From positions 10,974,001-11,038,000 of the forward strand of contig OX597825.1 in NCBI GenBank assembly GCA_951406725.2: a stretch of 64,000 nt of DNA. The letters run 5' to 3'. The notes under the pieces were generated by a model. That model worked only from the letters and a program-made list of their open reading frames with translations. It did not search any database and was not told the origin of the DNA. A program made the position numbers and the translations under genes. Positions 39,673 through 52,312 of the stretch are shown here, piece after piece. Position 1 is the first letter of the stretch, and every line of letters begins with the position of its first letter. Origin of the DNA: Octopus vulgaris (taxonomy: Eukaryota).

Positions 39673-40849
39673 TTCAGATACTCTTTGCCAGTTGCTAATC
39701 TGCTCATGTTTTCCCGTGCTAGATTGAGAGATCCATTTCTTTGTTGATACATTGCTTCTATTGGTGTACTGTTGGGGTTGGTTCCTTGTTGATTTATTAT
39801 TTGTGGATCTTGTTGTTCTGTATCAAACTCTGCTTGTCTAGTTATCCCTGGTTGTGTTTATGTGTTATCTTTGTTTCCTTGATTGAAAGATTGTCCTGCT
39901 GGAGTGCAATTGTGTGTTGACACTGTATCCATTTATCTGTTTCTGAATTGTACACTTGCAAAGTGGGGAGAAATTGTACCATGTATATATGTACCAGGTT
40001 TGTTTTTTGGGTTTTTTTTGCCTAAACTCTTCACAATGGTGTCCCTACATGTTTGCAAGCCCAATGATTAAAACAAATAAGAAATAAGAAGTAATTACAA
40101 AATATCTTCTTGCAAGTTATTAAATTTATTGCTTGAAATATTCATGCAAATTTATTTGGTCTACTTATTAGTTTTTCCAGTTTTTTTTTCATTAATATTT
40201 AGCCTCAATTTTCTACAGAAGGATTGGGCAAATTCTTGTGTTTCACTAAATTTTTTATTCTTTCCACTAGGTATGACACTTCATGCTCCTTTTAAAAATG
40301 TCATTATTTATATGTTCTTAAACCTTAAACACTCTTTTTAATTCCTTTACAAACTGAATAATGCTTCTTTGTTAATCCCTATAGGTAGTACATACATAAA
40401 TATTTGTTTATTGACATGTCTTCCATTTATAGTGCTAAACATTATTTACCACAGCTTTCATCAATTGTAAGATTGATTTATTTTACATTGATTTATTTCA
40501 CATTATTTATGTTCAGCTAATTTATTTAACATTGAATGCTTTTTATATTCAACTAATTTAAAAGATCTTGATTCTAAATTTAACCCTTCTTAAAATATTC
40601 TTTGTTGTGAAAATAGTAATTTTATATTATCATTTGCTTTATTTTTAATCATTAATTTTTATTTGAAAGTGGCCCAAGTTTACTGAACATTATATAATGA
40701 TTTTAAAATATATAACCTGTTTATAAAAAGGTTGAAGCAAATAATATTTTTGTGCTTCCTTCTCTCTCTCTCTCTATGTATATATATATATAAAATGTGT
40801 GTTTGTGTGTGTATATACATATACCCAGTTAGACTATGGTTGGGAGATA

Positions 40850-41440
40850 CCCATACTCACATTCCATGGCCTCAAGACAGCTCCACAAACTGGTGCATGC
40901 ATTTCTTACTGTGTCCCTTGAAAGATTTTTGAACACCTCCTTGATCATGGTTAGCAGATTGGTCTTGGTGCTGCAGTGGGTGTCTTTCTCAACTGTGCCC
41001 CGCACATAATAATCTGATTGTAAAATTGGGAGGAATTAGGAGGCCAGAAATTGGGGCTGGTGAAGCTGTACAAATTCTCCAGCAACCATTTCTAACTTTT
41101 TCTGAAGACATGGCAAGGAGTCAAATCCTACTGCTACACATATGGCCTACCAGCAGCAACCCTTTCCATCCAGGGGTTGACCACAATTTTCAGCAGGTTT
41201 TAACATAGCCATCTAGATTGAGTCTACAGCCATGATTATCAGTTGTTGGGTGAATTCTGGTGTGCAGACACTGTCAGAATGCTTGATGGCCACAGCTTCA
41301 AGTCACTGTTGCAGTTGTCCATGTCATGTCTTATAGCCTTTACAGTGTTCATAGAGCATTAAGCAGCAATCATTATGTTGGTATTTTGATATTGTATATC
41401 ATGATACAGTAACTCTTTTCCAATATTCAGATGGCTTCCT
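40850..41440 (-). mobile_element. Second, more diverged maT-like transposase relic
   Basis: PWMERVAAGRPYV...PCH...NFWPPNS, paralleling 37325-38010. Confidence 0.75.
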
Positions 41441-41639
41441 TGTCAGCTAACTTTTTCTCAACTACTGTTTAACTTTATACTCTCCAATGCTCCTATTCCT
41501 TTTATGCAGAGCATATAAAACTTTTCTCTGAAATAAGGCCATCTCTTAGCTCTTGGGTGTAGATTGCTTTGTTGTTTTTAAAAATAACAGTATCAATATA
41601 CTGCTTCTCAGTTGCACCTTTTTTGGGGTGAAGCCCAGA

Positions 41640-42060
41640 GTTTATTGGGCAAAAGGGGTTTCCAGGTATAGTCCAGAATTAGATAGATCAGGAGTGGGGG
41701 TCTGCTTGGTAGTGAGGCCATTGTTATGGATGGGGTTAAGAGTTTGCCTACAATCACAAAGAGAAAAGGAGCTACTGAAAAATTTCTGCTGTTGTTTGAA
41801 ATTCTTTTGTTGGACTGACTGTGCTTTGCATGAAACTTGATGGGTTTTCATACATGATGGTAATAATTTTGACAATCTCATCTGAGATACTGTAGTGTAA
41901 CATGGCCTTTCTGGTGACACTATCAAATGCCTTGGAGAAATCCACAAATATAATTTGTAGAGTCTGAACTCTTCTATAATTCTTCTAAATGTTAGGATTC
42001 ATGGTAGTGTTGATCTGCCTTTGTTGAAGCCATTTTGGTTTTGTTTTAGGATGGAATTAA
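41640..42060 (-). mobile_element. RTE-clade reverse transcriptase fragment
   Basis: ILKQNQNGFNKGRST..ILTFRRIIEE, FVDFSKAFDSVTR, APFLFVIV. Confidence 0.85.
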
Positions 42061-44531
42061 TCATTGCCATCATCATTTAATGTCTATGGCCCATGGTGGC
42101 ATGAGTTGGATGGTTTGACAAGAACCGATGTATCCAAGGACTGCCTTGAGCTCCAATACATTTTTTGGTATGGTGTTTATGGCTGGATGCCTCCTTGATG
42201 CCAATATGAGGAGAGCATAACTTTGTAGATTTTTGAGGCTAGAGGTGGGTGTGTGAGTCCTCTGTAGTTCTGAATCAAGTGAAGATCATCTTTCTTTGGA
42301 AGTGGAATTCAAGTTAGTTACATATGATAGGAAAACAAGAAATTTTATCAGACAACATTGATTTTGAAAAACTGATCTTAGTTTTGTTTAATTGGTTAGA
42401 AATTTGCCTCATTTACTGAAAATGTCTGTATTTGAGTAAAAAATTGTAGAATAATACACTTTTTATTTTTAAATGTCATTAAACTGATTACAAATTGATT
42501 ACATATATATTCATCTTTTACATTGATATAAAGCACAAATTTATAGGGGGTAATGGGTATATATTTGATTAAACTGACCTGAGTATATGCATGTACTTTC
42601 TTTTTCTAATTTGAAAAAAAAAAAAGGCAAAATTGATTTTATTGGAATTTGAATGGAAAAAGAATATGGATGAAAATAAAGCCATTTCACTATCTTCAGG
42701 ATATGTTTTATTTCAGAATTTACATTTTTATGTCAGTCTTGCTTTTGATGAGTTGGCCAAATATATTATATTCATTTTTACTAGAAATAATGGCTAAGTC
42801 ACACTCTACAATCTAGGAAAAATCATACTTCAATTCCTCCAGAACCACGTTCTACTGTTTTGAATAAAGTGATTGTGCATAGACTTTATGAATAAGAAAA
42901 ATATGGGATGTTTGTACCCTTTGATTATATATAGGCCTGCTTGGTCAAAGCTGACCTGGGGTTAAACAACAATAATAATAATTTCTAACCTCAGCTCAAG
43001 GCCAGACATTTTGCAAGTAGGGAAGGACTAAATGAACTCAATTCTTGACTGATATTTTTATTTTATTGATGCTGGTGGATAGACAGGCCAAACTGATTCC
43101 AGCAGGATTTGAACTCAGAACATAATTACAATAATAATTGTTTCTAACATAACAACAACAATAATGATTATGATGATAACAACAACAATGCTTTATTTGA
43201 ACAAATCTCGACTTTTTTGTTGATCAACAAAATTGTCTACAAAAACCTACTCTTCAATTTGAGTTTTCATTTTAGCTATTTAATGATCTGTGTCTTTGGA
43301 ATCATAATACAGTTAAATTACAAACATATGCAATCATAAATATTGGAATTCATTAGTATAATCTGGTTTCCCCTTGATGACCATATCAGATCTATCTTAA
43401 TGTCAGGTAGAACAAATAGAGATAACATTATGTTCACCATAAAGATAAGCAGAAAGATTTTAAAACTTCATGCATGTAATATTAAACTGACCATCAATTT
43501 ATTTAGTATTTGTTTTCTCATGCTTGCAATGTATAAATGTGTGCATCCAACCACATCTGTCACCATATCAACTACAAAAGAGGTGTGATAACTTTATGTA
43601 TTGTTGCAGGTAATCAAATATACTGTAGAACCTCTGAAACAATATATTAGGTCAGTTCACAGAATATAGAAAAATTTCTTGACTAGCTGAGGATGTGATA
43701 CAATTTAGTCCCTGTAAGATTACAGGCTTACAGCCCCATTAAATTATAAACCTTTGCGCCAATGAATTATGATATTGGTTTATGAAATAAGCCCAAGGTA
43801 ATACATTTCAAAGATGAGTACAATTGATTAAATTGACCCTAATATTTGATTGGTATTTATGCTATTGTTCCTAGAAGAATGAAAAGCATTGATGGTTTGA
43901 TGACTCTTGCTAGATTTGAAACAGATTGCAAACTATATTGTGTGGCACTCTACTGTGAAAAGATTGAATAATCATAGCCAGAATGCCTTTAAACATAGGC
44001 TTGCTAAATTAGAGTTAATTTGGAACTAAACATCACTAACCTGCTGTTCTATGTTACTGATATCAAGCAATATTTAAGTGATATCACAAGCATACCAAGT
44101 GATAGTGAAAGAAGTTGAGTGTTTCATTGAAGATGAAAAGCCTTGTTTTGAGTGTTTTGTTGAAGATAAAAAAAAACACACCCTCTCTTCACTACCTTCA
44201 ATCTCTTCTACCATAGTACTTCTTTCACCTTATCAACTTGTCCTCCACCATACTGTCTATATTGATTTATAATATAGGAACAAGATGATAAATTTCTGGG
44301 AGGGATCAAATACATTTGGTTGATTCAAATACTTGACAAGTATTTATTTTATTGACCTTAGAAGGGTCATAGGTAATTTTAAGCTCAAAATATGGCAATA
44401 GATAGTTATAGCAAGATATTTTATCCAGCTCCCTACTGGTTCTGGCACACACTACACATTCTTGAACTCAGCAGTAATGTTTTCCTTATTTTGCCACAAG
44501 AGCAGCTTACAGAGAAGAGCAAACCATTTAA

Positions 44532-44533
<2 letters not shown>

Positions 44534-44615
<82 letters not shown>

Positions 44616-44628
44616 ATGTGTGTGTTTG
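44534..44628. repeat. (TG)n microsatellite
   Basis: Directly visible. Confidence 0.98.
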
Positions 44629-45200
44629 TATATAATCACAGAAATGATTTTAATGTAAGAGGGAGTCTCTATATATTTACTCTGCAGCTAAATCATCCTC
44701 GTATCAAATGGAACCTCTTTGCAGAGAGAACACATTGGATAATGTTCTTATATACAAAAGCAAGTATGGTCAAGGTTAGAGCAGTAAAGTAACATTATGT
44801 GTAGCAGAGCATCAGAGCTGCATGTAAGCTTTCTGGCTTGATGCCTTCTGCAAAACTGACTAGGAAGACAGAAAAGAGGAGAGATAGGCATGAAATTGCG
44901 AGATAAAATAAGTGGAAACTTAGTGTATTTTTCTTTCATTTACTAGTTTCACTCTTTAAACTACAGCCAAGATGATTCAATTATACTGGCCCTAGTACTT
45001 TGATACTCATTTTATTAACCTCAGAAAAGGGCATTTAAAGTTGTCTTGAACTCAGAATGTAAGGGGAACATAAAATATCAGAAGGTGTTTTATGTGGTAT
45101 TCTTCTGATATACATAAAATATAGAGTTGCATTAGAACTTCTAGAATAATTGGACTTCGTAAATAAGTTCAGTTGAGCAAATCATATTAATATATATTAT

Positions 45201-45493
45201 CACCGTGATCACCGTGACCGACCAGACCATCAGATGTTGTTACACATCGCTGGTCACAATGCGTTCGCATTGTTTTAGCCTTTGAATGACGCCACCCTGC
45301 TGGCTAAGCGAGCAGGCCAACAGAAGAAAGAGTGGGAGAAAGAGTGGTGAAAGAGTACAGCAGGGATCACCGCCCCCTACCGGAGCCTCGTGGAGCTTCT
45401 AGGTGTTTTCGTTCAATAAACACTCACAACGCCCGGTCTGGGAATCGAAGCCGCGAGTCCGCTGCCCTAACCATTGGGCCATTGCGCCTCCAC
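45201..45493 (-). mobile_element. Full-length OR2-like tRNA-derived SINE with 12-bp TSD
   Basis: Minus strand TGGCCCAATGG A box and TTCGATTCCC B box; AATATATATTAT at 45189-45200 and 45494-45505. Confidence 0.88.
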
Positions 45494-45873
45494 AATATAT
45501 ATTATAGACACTGTAATTCTCATTAAATCAAACTAGGATTTTTAAGCAGGCAAGGAACAATTTGTTTACAATTTCTACTTTAATCCTTTTGTTACTGTAT
45601 TTCTGATCAAAATACACCAATTATGTGTTTCAAATAAATTCTGAAATAATCATGAATTCAGACTGGTTTCACAAAAGGATTCTTGTTCTATTTATCAACA
45701 TTATATTGCTGTGGAATGTTATAGCACAAATAACAAATTTCATACATTCCCATTTTGAACATTAGGTCACTCGATCGAATCTATATCAATTGTGCGTGTG
45801 TGTGAGTGTGAGTATCTGTTATTCTTTAACTATGATTGTTAATAATTAGTTCACTTGCTATATTTTCACAATG

Positions 45874-45909
<36 letters not shown>

Positions 45910-46829
45910 GTGAGCTATAGTTCATAGAAATTAAGTTATTTGCTTTGAAACTTCGTTTACTTAAATGATATTTACCCTGCACTGTGTATGCAGTGGTTAT
46001 AGTATTTCAGAGAAATACTATATTATATATTTGATTCATAGCCATTATGTGACAAATACTTTCACTTTTATGTACTGTTTTAAATTACACTGCATAAAGA
46101 TATTTTATCAATCCCCAAAAATCACTTCTTAATTCAGATTGCTTTTTATCTTTCTGAAGATAATTTTGTTTCAGTTAGTGTTACTTTCGTCACTATCATC
46201 ATTTGATGTCTGCTTTTCCATGCTAGCATCACTTGGACAGATCATTAAATTCTCAGGCATATGTTATCTAGAGTTTTTGTTAATGATAACATGTTTTCTG
46301 CTTTGTCAAGCAGCCAAAAATAGTAAGTGGTAGAGTTTATTTGAATTCTTTCATAAGTTGCAGTCAATTACACATAAAGAGATTGTAAAGTGATCATCAA
46401 ATCTTGTCAGGTTATATTTGAAGAAAGTCCTGAAGAATTTGTACACCTTATAGAAGTGTTTAAAACTGATATTGCTCTTCATATCAGCACCAAAAAAGAC
46501 TTTGTAGGCATGCAGTTTTACTATTTAATAGCTTGCATATTTGTCACTCATAGTTAGCAACTGTGGTGGAAGTGGATGATTTTTAAAACTGAAAAGGATT
46601 AAAAATGAACTTTGGAGCACAATAGGTCAAAACAGATTTAACAACTTTCTTGTAATATAAGCGTTAACCATGAACTTCTGCAAGAAATATACATTTCCAC
46701 TATCATCAACAGGTTTGCTCATGTTAAGCCTACAAAATGTAACTTTTAAATTGTAGTTTACTGTGCAAGTAAAAAGTATGTTTTTTAATACCTATGTGTT
46801 TCTGATTTAAAAAAAAATAATTGAGCTTA

Positions 46830-47076
46830 TTTTGGCACATAAAAAGGACCATCCGACCGTGGCTGTTTGCCAGCCCCATCTGGCACCTGTGCCGGTGGCA
46901 CATAAAAAGCACCCACTACACTCATGGATTGATTGGCGTTAGGAAGGGCATCCAGCCGTAGAAACACTGCCAGATCGGACTGGAGCCTGGTGCAGCCTTC
47001 TGGCTTCCCAGATCCCAGTTGAACCATCCAACCCATGCTAGCATGGAAAGCGGACGCTAAATGATGAATGATGATG
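46830..47076 (+). mobile_element. RTE 3' tail
   Basis: Family tail plus one ~59-bp upstream unit. Confidence 0.88.
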
Positions 47077-47631
47077 TTACAAGCCTCACACTACATTTAT
47101 CCAGTCTTGGTAAGGAGTTGCACCTATAACTGTTGCAGACTCTCTCTCTGATTTGTAAGATTGATTGGGATGAGTTTCATGTTCAGTTTGGACAAACATC
47201 TACAAATTGATGTCTGCAGGAAAATCATAGGTAGGGAGAGATTTCGTGTGGATTAGTGCTTTGAAGAGACAGGACTGAGAAGAGTGATTAACGTGGATCT
47301 AAAGAGAGTGGGTGCTACACACAATAGGTGTAATGAGAGGACTAGGGTAAACAGGTGTGTTAGGTGGCCCAGGGTTGAGGCGTTGGGCAACTAGTTTGTT
47401 CAGAGATTTACATTTTCAAAGATCTTATTTTCAGAAACTATTCCCAAGTTTCTTTAGGGTTAAGAAGGAAAGTAAATATCTCTTAGAATAAGATACTGAT
47501 CTAATTAAGATTTAATTTCCCAGATTGGAAATTAAACTCTTAAATAGATCTGTATGTGAAGTGGGTCAAAAATTATAATACAACAGAACAGGAATCTATA
47601 CTTTCAGATTCCTATACACTTGGCTATTATT

Positions 47632-48190
47632 AAGGTAGTGAACTGGAAGACTTGTTAGTGCGTTAGTCACAATATAAATGCCACTGAGGTTGACTTTGCC
47701 TTTCATTCTTTTTGAGGGTTAAAAAAGGTAAGTACTGATGTAATCCACTAGTGACCTCTCCTAAAATTTTAGGCATTTTGTCTATAATAGAAAGGATTAT
47801 ATAAGTTTGTTAAGTTGGTAGAATCATTAGCATGCTGGACAAAATACTTAGTTCAAATTCTGCTGAGATCCACTTTGCTTTTCATCCTTTTGGCGTCAAT
47901 GAAATAAGTACCACTTAGGGTCAACGTAATTGACTTCTCCATCCCAAAAAGAAATTTGAAACCATTTTATCAAGAGATTGAGCTGGCTGAATCATTAGCA
48001 TACTGGGGAAAATACTGAACGGCATTCCTTTTGGGTTTGCATCCTGAGTTCAAATTCCACCAAAGTTGGCTTTGCCTTTCATTCTTTCGGTGTTGATAAA
48101 ATAATTACCAGTTGAGCACTGGTGTTGATGTAATTGACTAGATTCCTCCCCACAAAAATTTCAGGCTTTGTGCCTATAGTAGAAAGATTT
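47632..48190 (+). mobile_element. Three tandem degenerate Meta-domain-like SINEs
   Basis: CTTTGC(C/T)TTTCAT(C/T)CTTT core recurs at ~47694, ~47873 and ~48070, each with a head remnant. Confidence 0.75.
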
Positions 48191-49200
48191 ATTATTATTA
48201 TCATCATTATCTCTGTGTACCTTTGACATGTGTAGTGTTTTGTTTTGGTTTTGTTATTTGTATTGTATTGAAAGTGCTCTGTGTATGTGTGTAGTACCTT
48301 GACATACTAATTTCTGTATGTTGTATATATTTCTAAGTCCTGTATATGTATTGGTCTGCATTTTTTATCATTCCCAAAGCACCTGTTATTAGAGGGATTG
48401 TTTCTATTTGCATGCCCCACATTCAGGTTATCTCTGTTTCCAAATCTTTGTATTTGGATAATTTCTCATTCTGCTTTAGAGATATATTATCATCTGTTGG
48501 GACTGATATGTCAGTTAAAGGTATTTCTTTTCCTGATCCTCCTTGACAACAATATCTTTTCTGTTAGCCTTGATCTCTATGTCTGTTTGTATGACATATC
48601 TTAGAGTATGGTCACTTTGCCATTCTTGGAAATCTTTTTTTTTTTGTGTATGCTTATACCATCTCTTTTCTGTTGGTATTTTATAGTGTTAGCATAACTT
48701 CCAGTGAATGTAAAGGCCCAACTCTGTCATGTCTGTGGATGTGTTCTCTCTTGGCTAAGACTAGGTAGCCTGAGATAGTGTTCTTAATTGTTTCTTCTCC
48801 ATCTACATGTTCTGCAGTTACTGTATTCTGCTTCAATTTTTGGCTTTTGACTATTTCTATTTCTATTGATCTTGTGCCATGATCAAGAACCCCTTAGTCT
48901 CTACTTTGAGTCTTGTTTGTCTCATCTAATGTGAGATTTCTTTGCCTACTCTAACTATTTTCATCTTTTTTCCAGTATTTCCTGTGTAGGGGATTTATGT
49001 GCAAATTGTTTTATCATGGTATCCTCTAGTCCCAATTTTAGTTTAAATTTTAATTATTTCATGATTTCTGGTGTGGTTTCTCCATTTACTTCAAAGCTGT
49101 CTGTTATTGCAGCCTGTTTTGTATTGGTTTCTTTGAAGACAAAAAAATCCGTCCATATTTCATGTTAATGTTTTGTAGCTATTTGTATTAGTTTTCCATG
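48190..49200 (-). mobile_element. R4/Dong-clade non-LTR element 3' part (restriction-like endonuclease domain)
   Basis: HRHDRV, IQTDIEIKANRKDIVV, DISVPTDDNI, EKLSKYKDL, IPLITGALG; ends in (TAA)n-like tract. Confidence 0.82.
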
Positions 49201-49691
49201 ATACTGTACTAGATAATTCATATGGCTGATATAATGATGTCTTTAACTCAGCAATGCTGTTTAGGAAAAAAGTTTGGAATGAAATAATGAATCTAATGAT
49301 GATGATTAGAATGATAAATGTTTCATTTTTTAATGTCTGCTTCAGTTTCTATGATTCATGTATTACTATTAAAATTATATAAAAGGTTTTTAATATTCTG
49401 TGATGTTTTGGGTTTTGGGGTACCTGAGCTGATGTTCAAACTCATGCTGTATATGATATATCTCTAATTTATTAATTTTGTATATTTAGTGAGTGATTCA
49501 TTTATCACAACTCTGGCAAATTTGGGAAGGATTATTCTCTACTGAGAAGGTCAGAGCTAAAGTAAAATATGTGCAGAGTTGTTTTTCATACTTACTATTG
49601 AAATAAAAATATTAACCACTGACTGGTTTAGCTATTTTCTTTATTGTTTATATATTTTCTGGTTAGCTTTTCAATTCTCCATGTATTAAAC

Positions 49692-50320
49692 CATCATCAT
49701 CATTTAATGTCGGTTTTCCAAGCAGGCATGGGTTGGACAGTTTCACTAGAGCTAGCAAGCCAGAAAGCTGCACCAGGTTCCAGTCTGATTTGACATGGTT
49801 TCTATGGCTGGATGCCTTTCCTAATACCAACCACTTTACAGTGCACTAGGTGCTTTTAACGTGGCACCACACAAGCACTTTTATATGGCACCAGCATGAG
49901 TGCTTTTTACGTGACACCAGTACAGGACTTTTGCAGGCCAATCCTCTTCACCAGAGGGAGCGACCTTAACACTTCTGCTGTGGAGTACAGGTATTCTTGA
50001 GTACAGCAAAGTACCAGGTATCTTAGTTCTTTGTCATCTTGTCTGGGATTGTCCTTCAGTACTTCATCCCATTTCTTCCCAGATCTCCCTCTTCAACATG
50101 TTCCATCTACTTTGAGAGATTGGCACTTCTTTATGGAACTGTTGACATCCATCCTCATCACACAACCAAGCCAATGCAGTCTTCTCTCTTGCATACTGCA
50201 TCTAGTTCTTATGCCTAACTTCTCTCTCAATACACTAGCACTCTGTTGAACATATACCCTTACACTACACATCCAGCAGAGCATACAAGCCTCATTCCTC
50301 TCTAACTTTTGCATTGCTTT
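49692..50320 (-). mobile_element. 5'-truncated RTE LINE
   Basis: EACMLCWMCSV...LREKLGI...ERRLHWLGCVMRMD plus family tail. Confidence 0.85.
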
Positions 50321-51183
50321 AACTTACGTCTTGTTATTCATACTGGATGGCATTTCTAAAATACAAAGTTTATGAACTTAGGAGGCTGTTGGCAGCTTTT
50401 CCAAGGTAAAACAATCCAAGTGAAGTGAAATCACTCTCAAGAACTGAAACTAGGCTACAGATTTTACTTACTGGTAGTTTATATCTACTCTTCTAACTTT
50501 TAGACCTGAGTGAATATCTTTTTATTAAAAATTTAGGATATTTGAAAAGTAGTTGTTTACACATAGCAATCATATTAAAGTATTTTTTAGTAATAATAAA
50601 AAACAAATATTAAACATCTTGAAGTTTGAAATATTGTTAAAAACTAGTTGTTAAGAGGAACAATTTGACCTAAATTATTTTATCCATTTACTGTCGGGAT
50701 TAATTGTAGCTGAGATATTTGTCTTCTTTTGTTAGTGAGTGGTCATTGCAGCAATTCTTTTCTTTACTTCTCTGCCATTCATTCATGCTTTCTTTGTTTA
50801 TTTTTAACTCATAAAAAATTTCCTGGACATTGGCTTTAACATTGGTTTGTGTATTGGTATAGTGAAGCATTATAAAGCTTTACAATAAAGTATTTTCCCC
50901 ACTTGTTGTCAAACGCTGAATAGGTTACTTACCTCCAGGTTCAGTTACATCTTCAAGTAAGTCATATATTTTTAACTTGGAAAACAATTCTAATTTCTCT
51001 AGTTATTTCTTCCATTGTTTAAATATCTTCTCTTATATATTTCATTTATATTTTCTGATTCAAACATGATTTAACTGCTGTCAGTAGCAGTGTTTAATTT
51101 TTAATTAAAATTCAGTTTTCACTTTATATAGTAGGTGTGTATGTTTAGATGTGTGCACATGTTTGTATATATCTATGTATTAG

Positions 51184-51293
<110 letters not shown>

Positions 51294-51944
51294 TTGTGGT
51301 ATTTTATATAGATAAAATGAGAGTTTATTTTAATTCCTAAATGCTGGTATACGGTGGATGGATATTTCTGAAGCAGTATTTTAAGGCTGAATACCTTTCT
51401 TGATGATAACCCTTTTAGTTGCTTCTTATGATATAGTCATACAGTGTGCCTATTCTAAAAACTAGGACTCACATATATACTCAAACTATTATATATGGTG
51501 AACAGAGTATATATCTATAATTTAATAATTTCATATTTTGACAGAATGCATAGTATTCATTATTACTTTTACTCTCTATCCAGAAGTCAAATTATTTAAA
51601 AGTTATTTTAGATTTTTGTCCTTAATACATAAAGAGTTCAGTTACATTATTAATTAAAATATTTATAAATAAGTATTGTATATTTAAAAAATTTTATCTT
51701 TCAGAATAAAAATATGACTTGAAACTTGAGTCTTTTAGAAAATGTTTTTGATTTATCAAGTAATTTTTCATTAATAAATTGACTTATTAAAATTCATAGA
51801 ATCTAATATTGTGAGAAATTGAAACCAACGAATGAAATTAAATACTGAACATGTAAGTCAGTACTCAAATTGGTTTGTTAAAACTATATAAACATTTTAG
51901 TCTAATACAAGCAAGTATTTAAAACCTAATTTTTCAAGTTAAGG

Positions 51945-52312
51945 TGTATGTGTGGTTGTATGATAAGAAATATGCTTTCCAGTCTCATGGTTCTAGGTTC
52001 AGTCCTATTGCATGTCACCTGGGGCAAGTGTCTTCTATATCCTTGGTCTGGCCAAAGCCTTGTGTGTGAGTGAATTTAGTATATGAAAACTATGTGGAAG
52101 CCTATCGTGTGTTTCTGTATTTATCCCTTACTGGTGTTGGTTTGTTTATGTCCTTGTAACTTAGCAGTTTGGCAAAAAGTATCTGATAGAATAAATACCA
52201 GGCTTTAAACAAAATAAGTACTGGGGTTGCTTTGTTTGATTAAAACCCTTCAAGATGGTGCCCCAACATGACTGCAGTCAAAGGACTGAAACAAGTAAGA
52301 GATAAAAGATAA
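51945..52312 (+). mobile_element. Degenerate near full-length OK-like SINE
   Basis: GGTTCAGTCCTA B-box-like motif and GACTGAAACAAGTAAGAG tail. Confidence 0.8.

Noticed and set aside
43610-43650. AG|GTAATC...TAG|GTCAGT possible 41-nt exon
   Set aside because: Weak pyrimidine tract and unrecognised peptide; chance-level evidence
51705-51852. Acceptor and GTAAGT donor pair
   Set aside because: Very AT-rich with multiple stop codons; a non-coding exon cannot be supported from sequence alone
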